Shown: positions 15,615 to 28,801, counted from the stretch's first letter. The stretch: 64,000 nucleotides of DNA from Raillietiella orientalis (GCA_036172245.1 JAYWIR010000048.1:1178001-1242000); one strand, 5' to 3'. The notes: generated by a model from the sequence alone, not told the origin. A program made the numbers and translations.

Positions 15615-18600
15615 TGGCAACACGCACCTTCGGGCGGACGATCTTCACAGGAGCTTCGTGAGCCTCCCCTAAGGAAGCGAACGGACCTTCAGCGCTTGGT
15701 GAACCAAAAAAGAAAGGAAAACCGAAGACGGAAGGAAAACAACGAGAGCAGAAAAGGAACCCCCCCTCCCCCAAAAAAGGATTTCCGTCATCATTCCAGG
15801 CCCAGAGCAACGATCTTCCCACGAGGTCGCTGCTAACCGTTTTTCTTTTTTTTTAAAAAAAATATATTAAAGTGCTTCCAGTGGGGGCTCAGATCGATGG
15901 AGACGTTGGTCCGGATCGTGAGAAATGTTGGTCGATAAATTATTTCACGCTTCCCATGCCCGGCCCTGTCGGCGCCGTTCCGGAAAGACCGAGGCGCGAA
16001 CCGCTCGCCGTTTCTGGCTGCACGACTTCCGACTTCCTCCCGTCCTCCCCTCTTCCCGTGTCCCGGCGTGGCCCCCTCTCTCCAGGAAGGAAACCTCTGG
16101 AAGGTCCGTCGGATCGCAAATTTCCCATGCGGTTTCTCCGAGCCGCTCTCGTTCCTTTCCGGCACGCGTGGCCCTCCTCGTGCGTGTACCGTACATTTGC
16201 ATAAGCCCGAATCGTCGGCCTTCGGTTCACGCGCCATCAGGCATTCGCTGGGGGCCCGCAGCTGGGGAGGAGGGCTGGAAATGATCCTTCCAGCCCTTGG
16301 GGCGCTGGCACCGTCAGCAGGACCAGGGATCGCTGTTGCTGTCTCTTCTTTTTCTCCCGCTCGAGCTGGAAGTCCTCCGTGCGCCAAAGACCGAAGGGCC
16401 CACGACTTCCCCAATTTCGCATGTTGGCTATAATGGGAAACGGCGATCCTCCCGTGGGAAATATTTTTATCACGGGGTACACTTTCACTGGGAGGGCTTC
16501 CCGGGTTTCGAAAAAGCACGAAGACGCGAGGAGTCGGGGACTGGTGGCGTCGCCAGCTACCTTTCAGATGAATCTGAGCGTCCATTCGAAAACCGAAGTG
16601 CAAGAAACGCCCCGCCCCCCCGCTTCGTTTCTTCACGTGCGCGACGCTCAACATTGGGGCCTCGTTGGTAAATGATGGAAGCACGTGGTGCTCCCCGGCG
16701 CCGTCAGCTTCCCGCAGCTTCCGCGGCCGGGGATCATTCAAACTTTCCAGATGATGAGGGAGAAAAATTCCTCGAAGAGCAGCAAGAGATGCTGTCGAAA
16801 GATCGCTCTGTGATCGGACCTCGGCGTTTTTCGGTCTCTGCTCGGCTCTTTCCGCGAGGGAGGGCAGCGATGAAGAAAGAACATATAAAAGAGGAAAAAA
16901 AAGATCGGAAATTAGGCGAAAGAACGTGAGATCCTTATGTATTCTTATGTAGTCGCAGGAAGAGCCCGCAGTCCTCTTGCTGGCATCTTTTCCAGTTTCA
17001 CGAAGGAAACGAAAGCCGGAAAGCTGGAGTGGGGTCCACCTGCACTTCCGCAAAGCGACCCAGCCTCCATCTGGTTGGGCTAGGAGGAGCGAGGCAGCGG
17101 CGACCAAGGAAAAGATTAGCGGCAAGACGCGGGAGGAACTCACGAAAGGCAATCACGTGGGTGGATTAAACGCAAAAAGCATCTGTTCCGTGCTGGAAGA
17201 AGATAAAAAGAGCAGTTGCTGTTGTTCTTTTATGACCAACGAATGAATACCTGAAACAAAGGGGAAGCAGATGAGGATGAGATCCTTCGAGTGCATCTTG
17301 CAATCGATACGCTTTGAGATGAGCCCCATGACGATCGACTGAAATTTCAAATATTAAAATCCGTGGGTCCGCGAAAAGAAAAAAAAGTGCTTGCATCGAA
17401 AAGTGGAAGGCAACTGAAGGAATGTATAAGTAAAAGTTGAGCAATGGATTGCCGCAAGAGCGAAGACTTCTTGGTGTGTGTTTCCTGCCACAACCCGCGG
17501 ATGGGATTTCGTAGAAAGAAAGAGGGAGAGCCGAAAAACGAAAGTGGTCAGGAAGTGGGGGGAAGAGGGAAAAAATCCGAATAAGAATGACTACCAAACT
17601 CCCATCGATTCGGTCGTAGCCTCGCCGACGTGGTGCAACACCTATGGAGGCCGCCTGGAAACCGGTCCTTGGTGTGGGACGCAGAATTTATTGGCAGGCG
17701 TTCAGGACTGCTCGGAGTGCCAAGGGAGTCGCTCCGACGGCGGCCGGACTCCCCGGGAACTCCTCGACTTACGGGAAGCACTGCGGTAAGCCCCGGGCTG
17801 GTCCGCGGCAGCCCCGAACTCCCGCCATGCTCCCGAAATGGACTCGATGACAAAATGCCGATGAGGTGCGCTCCGCCGTGCGAAATGAACTGCGCGATGC
17901 TGTGTATAAATCATCATCCGATTCCCCGTTCAAAAGGCTACGGGGACGAGGGACTGCGTGGAAGCTCCCATCCCGCGACCGTTCGTTCCTGTGCACTGCG
18001 CTGTTTTGCTCCACGTGAGGAGGATTCCTCACCGATCAATCAAGGGAAACGATCCCTGCTTCGGGAAACGCGGTGAGAACCGAGTTCTTTTCGAAGGAGA
18101 AAAAAAAAGAGAAGGAAGAGAACGTCGCTCGGAGCATCTCGAAAACGTGCAGCTTCCAGAGCTCTGTGTGGATCGCAACGCCGCTTACTGATTTCAACCA
18201 AAAATTTATGATACTGTGTCATCTGCCAATATGAACGATTGGTTTGTGAAACTTTATGGCTCAGGGGGGAGGATCAAAAAAAGAAACCACCCGCTGTTAA
18301 TGATGCCAATCAATTTCCCACATCTCGAGTGCGAGCTCGCTACCTTTGAGAAACATCCATGACACGTCACCCACACGTTAAGTTACTTTGATTTTTTTTG
18401 TGAAACGTGGATTGCCTCAACTGTTGGTGCTCATTTAAATGAAAACGCAAATGCTCCTTGTGTTCCATCTTCTGTACGTTCTTTATTTTCTAAACCCACA
18501 ATCTCACATGTCAATACACTGCCCCCCTCAAGATAATTTAAACTCCTTTCTTCCTTTAGAATTCCAAGTTCCTCTTGGAACTTCTACCGCCTTGATGTCT

Positions 18601-20904
18601 TTGTGGAGCTAAAAAGGAAAAAAACTTTTCATGTTTTCTAAACTGTAAGAACAACAACAAAAAAAATCTGGTTATGGTTCGGATTTAATTTCTTTTCATT
18701 CAGAATGCAGTAACCTGAAATAATGTCTTTTTTTTTTTTTCTACCATTTATAGTAGCTTTCCAAAATATTAAGGAAGAAGGTAATTTTTAGTTTCTGTTA
18801 GATCATTTATCGTCACAACTTGAAAAGAGCCTTCAATTAGGTGCACTGCTATTTCCGTACCTTGTTAATACTACCTAAATACAAACACTCTAGGTTTAGA
18901 AGTTTATAAAAATGTTCATGCATGGATGCATCCAACTATGAATGCATTTACAGTTGAATCAGTTTCATTTAAGGATTCTTAAACGCACGAAATGTTTGTG
19001 ATTAGAACAGAAGCGTTTGATTTAGGACAGATTTCTTAGATGAATGACTTCCTGGTAAGGTGCACTGAGAACTTAGAGGTGACTGCAGTAAGTTTATCTT
19101 ATAATACTTGGATCATGTAATTGCAATTACCGATAAGATGAAGGAATTAATAGGAAATAGAAAGGCAATGTTTAAAGGAATTTCACTTGTGGCTATTTGC
19201 GAAAGAAATGGGCCCAATACTGTAGTGAATGTATCTGTAGTTTTGTAAAATGCATTTCTAAAGAACAATAAAAGACAGATATAAATAAAAGAAACATAAC
19301 CCAATGTTCCTGTTTTCTCTTCTAATTCATGATTGCTGATAAATGCATCTCAAGCATAGAATATTTCGTGTTCAAACGTGAAAAGATGTGCATAAAAAAC
19401 CCTTATGTGCATTATGGATAAATCTGACAATCACCCTGAATTCCAATAAGAAACTGCATTCAGACTGTTAACAAAAAATAAGAAAAAAAGTCGCACAGTA
19501 TGGTAAACGTCACACTTTAAATATTATGGAGCTTCCATTGAATATGGTAAACTGAAGAGAGTGTGCTTATTTTCTCGAAAGAAAAAAATTCCAAAACATT
19601 GTACACAGATTATGTCGCACATCTCTAGGAGCAGCAAGCAACGCTTGACACTAAAACAAAAAATTCATTAAAACTGATTATCATCTGGTAAGCCTGATTG
19701 CAATTATTTAAGGTGCCCGTCAATTGCTTTCAGATACACATGCGCGCTAATGGTTTTAGTATGAAAAATTATTGCAAATCGTGAATCTAATATGAAAGCT
19801 TCACAAACACTCTCCCTTAGATCTTGTTTATGTTTCTTTAATGCTATAAGGAAATGAATATAACGAAGCAAGTTTATCGTACCGTATATGCTAAGACGTG
19901 GTAAGACTGACATATGATTTTCGGAAACATTGTGGATGATGACATTGCAAAGTGGATGCTTGTGTTGGTGTGCCGTTTCACACTGGTTTCTAAAAGTATG
20001 TGATCGTTTTCGGATTTCTCAGGTTTTAAGTTTTTGTAGATAGCCTGGCCGAATCTGAAACTTGTTTGCATAGTAAATTTGGGCACATGTATACAAAATT
20101 TACTTAAAACACTTCCATGGAATCAGAAAGCATTTTCAGCAAAAGCTCTTAGTATCCGTAAAGGCAGTTCGGAATCGACATTTACACGTAACGGAAAATT
20201 ATTAAATGAGCAAAATTATTAAGTTAAATCCCGTAATCCCTGCCACATGTTTTAATCTACAGGTTCTATAAGATTTCTGCAACGTGTACGCATTGACGTA
20301 GAGTAGAAGATTGTAAAATCAAGCGAAGAATCAAAGCTGGCTTGAGTTCTCGTAAAAAGTGCTGCCTTTTGTCTCAAAACTTCACTCTTTTTCCGTGAAG
20401 AATGCATTATATGTGTGCCGTACAATAAAGAGAAGCGGCCTTTGGTTGCCATCGTTTACCACAAAAACATTTTGCTCAGCCATGTTATAAAACTATAGCT
20501 AATTAGCATTCACGAGAATATGGAGACTTTGGATATTAACGTAACGTTTGTTTGTGAAAGTCTTTATTAAAGCATGTAATGTGTGTGTGTGTTTTTTTTA
20601 TTTGTATGCACCAAATTCAAGCAGATGAATTTGTATTTCCACCCTTTAGTCTCCATAGCAATATGGTATTGTATTCTCAGCCCCTGATTAAGCAAAAAAT
20701 AATTTTGTGTTAGTTTCCAATTTATGCAGTTGGAGCACAGACTGTTCAAAACTTGATGGGGCTTAAGTTTCATTGAAATTTCAGCCTCCCGTTTTTGGTT
20801 ACTAGAGTAATTATTGGTATTTTTCAGGTGAATGCTCTTTACTCTTTAATTATTGGTATTTTTTAAGAATTGCTTTGTAGAGTAGAAATCACTGCAAAAT
20901 AGAT

Positions 20905-22800
20905 ATGAATAGGGCCATTAGATTCATTTATACCATGAGTTGGTTAATCAGGAGGAAGAAGAATCACAAAAATTTGCTTTTAAGAAAGCCTCTTCAGTCT
21001 TTTCATTTCTACCAACCTTTCAAGTTGATTATGCTTCCCTTTAAAAACAGTTTGAACTTTTCTTATTCAAACTGGAAATATTGGCAAAAGGAAAGGAACT
21101 TAAGTTTTGTGACTCTTGGGCTGGGAGCACTGGCCTTTTGCACTACTAGTAATCAAAATAAGCAACATGATTCACTGTTCAGACTGTGTAGACTGGGTGA
21201 TGAGAAGAAAGTTCAACAATATGTGAAGATGCATCCTGAAAGCATCAATGCCCGTCATCCCCTAGGCTGGACTCCATTAATGGTTGCAGCTGTCAATCAG
21301 CATGCAGGTGTTGTTCAGGCCTTGTTGGATGCTGGAGCTGATCCTGACTTAGGGGATGAGTTTGTTAACATGTATCATATGGCACGCAATAGCAAACTGC
21401 ATTCTCTAGATGTTATGATGGCCAGAGAGGAGGCCTTTACTGAGCAGCTAAGTACTCGTGCCAATTTTCGTGGTTGCACTGCTTTGCATTATGCTTGTTT
21501 AAGTAATGATTTGGTTACTGTGAAAATCCTTTTGGAAGCTGGAGCAAATCCACTGCTTGAAAACAGTAATGGGCATACAGCCTTAGATTATGCACCAAAG
21601 GGTCCTATTCAGGAATTGTTGGCAAATTCTATGACAAAATACGAGGAGATCCAAAAAAAAAGGGAGGAAGAGGAGAGACGTCGTTTTCCTCTAGAAGCAA
21701 GACTGAAGCAAAGAATTGTTGGTCAACATGGAGCCATTGCTGTTGTGTCATCTGCTATCAGGCGTAAACAGGGTGGATGGTGTGATGAAGAGCATCCATT
21801 GGTTTTCTTGTTTCTGGGATCATCTGGAATTGGAAAGACTGAACTGGCCAAACAGATAGCCAACTATCTGCATGCCAATAAGAAAGATGCTTTTATAAGA
21901 TTGGATATGTCAGAGTATCAGGAGAAACATGAAGTTGCCAAATTAATAGGATCTCCTCCTGGTTACATTGGCCATGAAGAAGGAGGACAGTTAACAAAGC
22001 GCTTGAAGGCCTTTCCTGAAGCTGTAGTGCTTTTTGATGAAGTTGATAAAGCTCACCCTGATGTTTTAACTGTTTTATTGCAACTGTTTGATGAGGGGCG
22101 ATTAACAGATGGAAAAGGACGCACAATTGAATGCAAAAATGCTATTTTTGTAATGACGTCCAATCTGGCAAGCGATGAGATTGCTGCTCATGCCTTGCAA
22201 CTCCGGAAAGAGGCAGGAAATCTGCTCCGGCAGAGATATGCAGCCAGTGCTAATGAGCAGATGAATGATGATAAGGAGCAAATAATTATATCCCGAAAGT
22301 TCCAGGAGCAGGTAAGAGTTTCACTGGTATCCCAATTTTTCCAATACGGTTTTCATGCATCTGTCCAGATTGTCCAGCCAATTCTGAAGCGACATTTTAG
22401 AAGAGATGAGTTCCTAGGGAGGATCAACGAGATTGTATATTTTCTTCCTTTCTCACGCAGTGAACTCTTACAGCTGGTTACTAAGGAATTAGAAGCATGG
22501 GCAGCAAGAGCACACAGCAGACATGGGATGCAAATAATTTGGGATGTGGGTCTGCTTGATGTATTAGCTGATGGATATAATGTGCACTATGGAGCTCGTT
22601 CCATCAAGCATGAGGTTGAAAGAAAGGTTGTGAACAAGCTTGCTGCTGCACATGAAATGCAACTAATTGGGAAAGAGTGCACTATTAAGCTGAGTGCTGG
22701 AGACGAAATGCACCCTGTGAAACTGTTAGTTAAAAAAAAAGGAGAAAAGAACTTCAGTGAAGTTCAGGATTCTGTTCCATTGAAGCCATTAGGCTTTTAG
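20905..22800 (+). CDS. CLPB: Mitochondrial ankyrin-repeat AAA+ disaggregase CLPB (Skd3/ANKCLP), 2 coding exons, ~612 aa
   Basis: Basic N-terminal presequence plus a hydrophobic stretch; ankyrin repeats GWTPLMVAA and GCTALHYAC; Walker [34 protein letters not shown] with the pore loop; Walker [10 protein letters not shown]; sensor-2 GARSIK. Exons are 20905-22311 and 22369-22800. The start could be the ATG at 20905 or at 20935. Confidence 0.96.
   Translation: MNRAIRFIYTMSWLIRRKKNHKNLLLRKPLQSFHFYQPFKLIMLPFKNSLNFSYSNWKYWQKERNLSFVTLGLGALAFCTTSNQNKQHDSLFRLCRLGDEKKVQQYVKMHPESINARHPLGWTPLMVAAVNQHAGVVQALLDAGADPDLGDEFVNMYHMARNSKLHSLDVMMAREEAFTEQLSTRANFRGCTALHYACLSNDLVTVKILLEAGANPLLENSNGHTALDYAPKGPIQELLANSMTKYEEIQKKREEEERRRFPLEARLKQRIVGQHGAIAVVSSAIRRKQGGWCDEEHPLVFLFLGSSGIGKTELAKQIANYLHANKKDAFIRLDMSEYQEKHEVAKLIGSPPGYIGHEEGGQLTKRLKAFPEAVVLFDEVDKAHPDVLTVLLQLFDEGRLTDGKGRTIECKNAIFVMTSNLASDEIAAHALQLRKEAGNLLRQRYAASANEQMNDDKEQIIISRKFQEQVRVSLVSQFFQYGFHASVQIVQPILKRHFRRDEFLGRINEIVYFLPFSRSELLQLVTKELEAWAARAHSRHGMQIIWDVGLLDVLADGYNVHYGARSIKHEVERKVVNKLAAAHEMQLIGKECTIKLSAGDEMHPVKLLVKKKGEKNFSEVQDSVPLKPLGF
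22312..22368 (+). other. 57-nt in-frame, stop-free intron in CLPB
   Basis: CAG|GTAAGA ... CTGTCCAG|ATT. Removing it joins SRKFQEQ to [21 protein letters not shown], which matches the CLPB family pattern. Confidence 0.85.
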
Positions 22801-22934
22801 GATGAAAAAAAAACCCGTGTGATGGAGTTAAATGGGAGAACAGCTGCACTTGAAATATTCTACAAGAACAGTTTTTAGTTACATCACCATCATTGTTTAT
22901 GCAGCTTGTGTTCCTGTTATTTCGGTGGGTGCTA

Positions 22935-22940
22935 AATAAA
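22935..22940 (+). terminator. Candidate polyadenylation signal of CLPB
   Basis: AATAAA 135 nt after the stop codon, followed by T-rich sequence. Confidence 0.55.
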
Positions 22941-23635
22941 ATATATGATTTAATTTTGCAAATGATTTTTACCAGTTTTGTTATGTAGCCAGATTAAACC
23001 AAAAGCACTTCAGACCTTGAACACTTGCTATTTAGCATGGACCCCATACACAATTAACACAGCACCGTTCCAGTTTTTTCTGGTTTGATTCGTGCATCCA
23101 CAATCATAGCTGCTCCTCGTAATTTCCACTGACGCCATCATACTCTATAGCAAGACCATTATTTTTTTGTCTGGGGCAGGCTTCATGCAAGCTTTGCATC
23201 ATGCTGTTGCACACTTAAATGTTCCAATTCACAGCCTTTTCCATGATTACGAAACCAGAAAGCCAACCGTTTCGAGGTGCCAACCAACCTGAACATGTCA
23301 AGGAAGGTACTGCTGGGAAGAAAAGGGCACGTGAGATTCGTGTGAACATTTTGCACGGACACACGAAACCAACGACCTCCATGCAAGAAAGTGAAGTGAC
23401 CATTGCCTGTGGCTGGCTCAGCGAATGGCAAAAATCGAATTTAAAATCCATACATTTTTAAAGGGCGTAAACCTTGCTTTGGTTCCACGGTAAAACACAA
23501 ACACACACACACACGATTCCCCCCCCCCCCCTGCCGATTCAATTTGGGTGCATGCAATCAGCAATGGGCTAAGACGGTTTCCGAGACGCCAACTTCCGGC
23601 AGCAGCGCGTAGCTAAGAAAACCGTGGGGACGTAG

Positions 23636-23669
23636 GTTGGTCCACGTTGGTCCACCAACGTGGACCAAC
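23636..23669. repeat. Perfect 15-bp-stem hairpin built from GTTGGTCCAC units
   Basis: GTTGGTCCACGTTGG-TCCA-CCAACGTGGACCAAC. Confidence 0.9.
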
Positions 23670-25416
23670 GTGAGCCCATTCGTTCGATGAGGCTTCTCGC
23701 ACCTCGGGCTCTGCCACGAGCTCTGCGTGCGGCGTCCCCTGGTCACACTGAAACCGCAAGCGACCCCGGCAGACCTGGCACACAGGACACGCCCGTGTGC
23801 TCAGAGGTGGACGGAAGGAACGGAAGGAATGGATCTCCATCCCACACTGTCGATTCTGGAGCGGTTTTCCGCTCATCGTTCAAAAACCTGGATCGTTACT
23901 TGATCGTTGGGTCGGACTCCAGGGGGACGGCTGGCTCCTTCCTGCATGCCAGGGTTGCTCCCTCCCCTCTGCGCCCTGCTGAATCCATAACAAAATTGCA
24001 AGTGTTTTATTTTTTGTCAGCATTGCAACGAGAATTATCGGAATATATATATTTTAAAAAAATGTGCGTTAGATTAAGGCGTCTTTTAATTTGAATTTTC
24101 GATTTGTTTTCGAGTTGATGATTGGTGTCTTATTAATCTGAAGGGGTTGAGTCGCCGAACCTACGATGTAGATCATTCCTTATTTTGCAGTCTAGGGTGC
24201 ACACTTTTGCTTTGTGCTTTCGAGTGGGAAGTCCATTTAACTCTCTGTTCAAAATATCTCACTTCCGGTGAAACTTTTGTCTCCCAAACTGGAACAGCGA
24301 CGCTTGGACGTGTTTTTCTGTATAAAGTCTCGCCGCTGAAAACAGCATGGCGTCGTTTATACGATGGACGTTGTTTTTAATGGGGATAAGCTGTTGTGCC
24401 AAAAGAGCAAGGATGATAGGCGAGGTTGCCGACTTCCGACGCGCTCACAGTCTTCCCACGATTTTGCCATATTTGCTATGCGTATGTGTTGGAGCACAAA
24501 GCTGGTGTGCCAGAGGGAACATTCCATAAAGTTAATTTTCTTCGGGCAGACCTCTGGATGAAAACAGACGACCGGGTTTGTCCGCTCGATCCGAGGGCTC
24601 ATGTCTTATGATCCCCACCTATTCACCAAACAACTGTTTTCCACACTTCTTTAGATTATTTTCCAATCAATATATTGCAGTTGATCTAAGCTTGAAAATT
24701 TCTAGATCTACCTGAAATCAAAGATTCTTACTTCCTCTTCTATGACCCTACCGAGTATAAATGTCACGAGCATTTGGGTGGGGCGGTTGTTTAATAAAAA
24801 TTATGCATTTTGTCGCAAACTGTTACTACAAAGTACAGAAATAGAATCAACCATTATGTATATTTTTTTGCTCACGTCTCTTTGCGAAAGAAGGTGACAC
24901 GTTTTTGCTTTCAAGATTTTGACATTAGGAGCTAGGAAAAGAAAATTTGAAAAACTGGAGGGGAAAAAAGAAAGGGAAAAAAAACTGTTGGCACCATCGA
25001 AAGTTTCTTACAAGCAATTCGAACGCTCGTGCTGTACTTCATTTATGCTGATTTTTGTCCAGAGATACTCCTTCATATTGCTCGATAAAGAATGACTTTG
25101 CACGTCACACATTTGATTTCCATAGCTAGAAGAATATCGGGGTTACTCATTCCATCCTTCGAAATGCCCGTCACTCGAGTATGGCCAAACATAATGCTCG
25201 TGATGCCCCCACCAACACCTACTCAAAAGTCTTCGACGAGCGTGGATTCGGTAAACACAAGCCTTGCAAAGTTGGAGTGAGTATAATGACTTCAGAGTAA
25301 TCCAACTTATTCTAACCCATGGGATATTGAGGGCTGTTAATTTACCCTAATCGAAAACAGGAACGCTGGAACCGAGGTTTCGCACCAGTCGGTCGCCCAA
25401 CTCAACCTTCGTCTTC

Positions 25417-25544
25417 CTCAGAGTCTGAGTACCTCAAAGCACCAGCAGCAGATTCGTGCCCGCAACGTGGGTAGTTGGGTTCCTTGCCTGCTCTTGGAAA
25501 AGTCATCCGGAGGATCAATGTAAACGAAGCATCTGACGAGGATG
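25417..25544 (-). repeat. ~125-bp inverted duplication, copy A
   Basis: Its reverse complement aligns with 28677-28801 (GGATGACTTTTCCRAGAGCAGGCAAGGAACCCAACT...), roughly 85-90% identical by eye. Confidence 0.9.
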
Positions 25545-27323
25545 TTTTTTTCCCCCCCTTCCCGAGAGAAGCCACTCTTTTGCACTCGAAAGAAGATTTT
25601 AAAGACAAAGCTTCTTGCTATTGGATTCTGTGAGGCTCCCAAGATTCATTTTTGCTGTTCATCTAAGAGTAGCCAACCAGATCTCCTCAAACTTTCTTTA
25701 CTAGTATCATTCTTTCGCAGAACTGGAGAAACTCCATCAGTACCGGATGGCTGGCGAATTTCCCTCAAAAGCGCCAACCCAAGCAATTTGGGAACACAAA
25801 ATGAAGGAAAGTAGGCTTGGCTGCAGTGATCTCCACGGCAACGCCGCTCCCGCCACCTCGTGCCGACTTGTCTCTGGAGGATTTGGATGCAGAGTGCCTG
25901 AAGTTCGTGTCGTGGAGTCTCTTCAGCGAGCTGCAGATGACACCGGGGAGACCAAGTGTGGATTTGCAGCGCTCGGTGTGCGGCTTGGGAAAGAGCGCGC
26001 AGGCCAAAGAAATCAACCTTGAGCAGGCGTTCAGAAGGCCCAGGAAAAAATAATTGAGAAAAAAGGCGGCAGCAGTCTCTGAGTAGATAAAAATTACTTG
26101 CGAGGAGAATGCTTTCGTCTGTCGAATTTCTAAGGTTCTCATTAACTGAATAAGCCCTGCCTCTGGGAGAGGGGCAAATTGAGATCAATCACTGGATGTA
26201 CCAGGCACGAATTGTGATTATCATCGTTTCTGGTTCTCATCACGATTATTATTTCTGTTCGTGAGCAGACGAAGCATTGAGAATTCATTCTCCTGTGGAG
26301 GAAACAGCTCGGAGCTCCGTTGCTAAGCAACCTGGTGCGCTCAGCTCCGCGCACTCCGTTGCCTTCCTGTGATTCTTCTTCTTCTTCTTCTTGATCCTCG
26401 ACGTTCATAGACTCGACTCTCGATCTGAGGTTTCCTTTTATCGTGCGTGCCAACCAATTCTCCAGCTACATGTCTTTGCCATTTTCATCCGCGGGCACCC
26501 AAACTCTTTCAGTTTAAGGTTGTACGGTTGTGCGGCATTCTATTTGGTTCAAACTCGCCGGCGTATTTTGCGGTTTCATTCGGCGAAAGATCGGCTGTGC
26601 TGATTCCCTTCTATGAGCGGAGCCCTTAGAAGGAACATTTGCTTATGCCACTTCTTTATTTTCTCGTCGCCGGCCGGGTTCCCGTCGGTTTGGGATGGCT
26701 CCTGACAGCTCCAAAGATGCCATCTGTTCTTCGCACCTTCCATCTTCTCCTGCATCCATTTTCTTCTACGATCAGTCCTTACAAACCGCCTTTCCCCCCC
26801 CCCCTTTCAGGATCGCCAGTATAAAAAATTAGCTGTGTACGTGTAAACTGCTTCATTTTTCAACTGCTGCGTACATTGTATACAAGAGCTCAGCAAGTGA
26901 ACCGAAAGATGGAAAGTGCGATTTCGGGGATGCGTCTACAAAATCAGACTTTTTTTTCCCCCCCCCTCTTCCAAGCCATCGTGGATCAGAAACGCAAGAA
27001 AATGGAGGATTCCACCGAGAACGCTGAGCCTTCAAGCTCGAAACGACCAGAGAATCGCCATCTTTTGTCTTGTGTTTGTACAATGGCTCTGCGTCCACAG
27101 ACGCGTGTACTGTGTACACACGCATGCAGCTATGGAAATACTGAAATCAGTTTCCAGTGATCCCAAGGCGAATGATGAACTGCAACTTTGTCATCAAAAT
27201 GAGTTTGTTGTATTTTCTTTTTTTTAAAAAGAAGAAAAGAATGAGAAACCGACTTCAATGGCGGCGGCCTTCTTTTCTAAAGTCTCCGTGTCAAACAGAA
27301 TGAAGAAAAGGAAGAAAAAAAAG

Positions 27324-27919
27324 CTGTTTTGATGACCCCAAGCCATCAGACAAGTCATCACCAGCTCGGTTGAGCAGCAGAGCCACGGCACCAAAGAGGG
27401 AGAAGTGGAGTTTTCTGGAATGGCTTTCTGATTCATTTCGCTCCCACGCGGAAGTGAATTCCAAGTTCAGAATTTGTAAAGATGGTCGGGAAGAGGTCGT
27501 GCGTATCCAATCGATGGAGCCGGCTGCCGCCATTTAACAGTTTGGTATTTTAGTGTCTTGTCACATGCTGCTGAGTGTACGTGTCTCGCGGAACCGTTGC
27601 TGCGTTTCGTGCCGAGTCACAGGTAAAAAAGACAGAAAGATTTTGAAAAATCTTTGGCATGTGTTGAGGTTCACCCTTTTTCTGAACTACACAATGGCAG
27701 CGTCCCCAACACACGCGGAAGACGGGAAAGTTTTAGGTGAAGCGGCCTTTCAGCGTTGGCTCCTCCCGACCGAACGGAATGTACACAGTTATCCGTAAGT
27801 TGGACGCCAGGGGCGCCAGCTGTGAAGTGCTCCGGGGAACAGCCTCCCACCCGCCGAAGTCGCTGCTGCGGAGGTGTTCCCTTTCAAGACGAAAGGCCCT
27901 CACGAGGCCCCACAAACGC
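27324..27919 (+). CDS. Possible internal exons of an unrecognised multi-exon gene
   Basis: GT-AG introns 27496-27540, 27623-27700 and 27795-27842 give a frame-consistent chain (...CKDGREE|FGILVSCH...RVT|ASPTH...HSYP|LPPAEV...). There is no recognisable homology and the chain could arise by chance. Confidence 0.2.
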
Positions 27920-28676
27920 GTGAGAGCGCTTGCGGAGGGTGGATTTTATAGGTGGGGGCTTCATGCGAGGTCTGACGCCAGAGTGACCGCGGTCTCGCTG
28001 GATTTTAAACGTCGGTGAGTCGCCGAGAAATGAAACAGAAGCACTAAGATCAGTGTTTTTTTCCCCTCGAGCCTAGGTCGACCGCCTGCGACCCCGCACG
28101 GCATCGCTGGATGGACGGTGCGCAGGCTCTCTTGCTCCCCTGCTGCTTCCGAACCCGTGCTCCGATGGACCGGTGTCAAGAGAGACGCTCAGGGGTGCAA
28201 CAGGATTTGGTCCAAAATGAAGGAAGGTCATGCTGTAATGATAATTGCAAGTTTCGTTCCCGTGCTTTTCGTCGCGGGGTCATTTCCAAGGCTACGCTGA
28301 ACGAAGCGTATGCGGTGCTCGAACGCCACAGGGGTATTCCCTGCGGCGTTCGTCTCGCGTTCCTTTTGAGATGAGTTTGATGACGGAGTGCTTCTTTTTT
28401 TTTTTTTTTTTTTTCTCCCTATCGACAGAGCCATGTTTTAGAAGCACCTTCGAACTGGCGATGTGAGGAACGAGCGCAGGAATTTCACTGGGCTTTCTCT
28501 TCGAAGCAGTCTTCGCTTGCATGGAAACCGTCTCCCCGGAGACGAACGGCACGACCACTTTTCCTCGTTCGGGATGAACCGAGCTGGCGCCAGAATCCCG
28601 AATTGCGCCAACTGCTTTTGTCGAAGCGCAAACACCACATCTGCTACCTCTCTTGTGCCGAAAAGAACGCATCCTT

Positions 28677-28801
28677 CATCCTCGTCAGATGCTTCGCATT
28701 GGGTGCTTCGGATGACTTTTCCGAGAGCAGGCAAGGAACCCAACTGCCCACGTTGCAGGCACCAATCTGCTGCTGGTGCTCTGAGGTGCTCAGACTTTGA
28801 G
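28677..28801 (+). repeat. ~125-bp inverted duplication, copy B
   Basis: Aligns with the reverse complement of 25417-25544. Confidence 0.9.

Noticed and set aside
18200..20500. Protein-coding gene adjacent to CLPB
   Set aside because: Splice-like signals are present on both strands, but I could not assemble a stop-free, recognisable reading frame.
20905..22800. Horizontally transferred bacterial clpB (AT-rich, nearly intronless)
   Set aside because: Ankyrin repeats plus a single AAA+ domain, a mitochondrial presequence and a spliceosomal intron are the animal Skd3 architecture.
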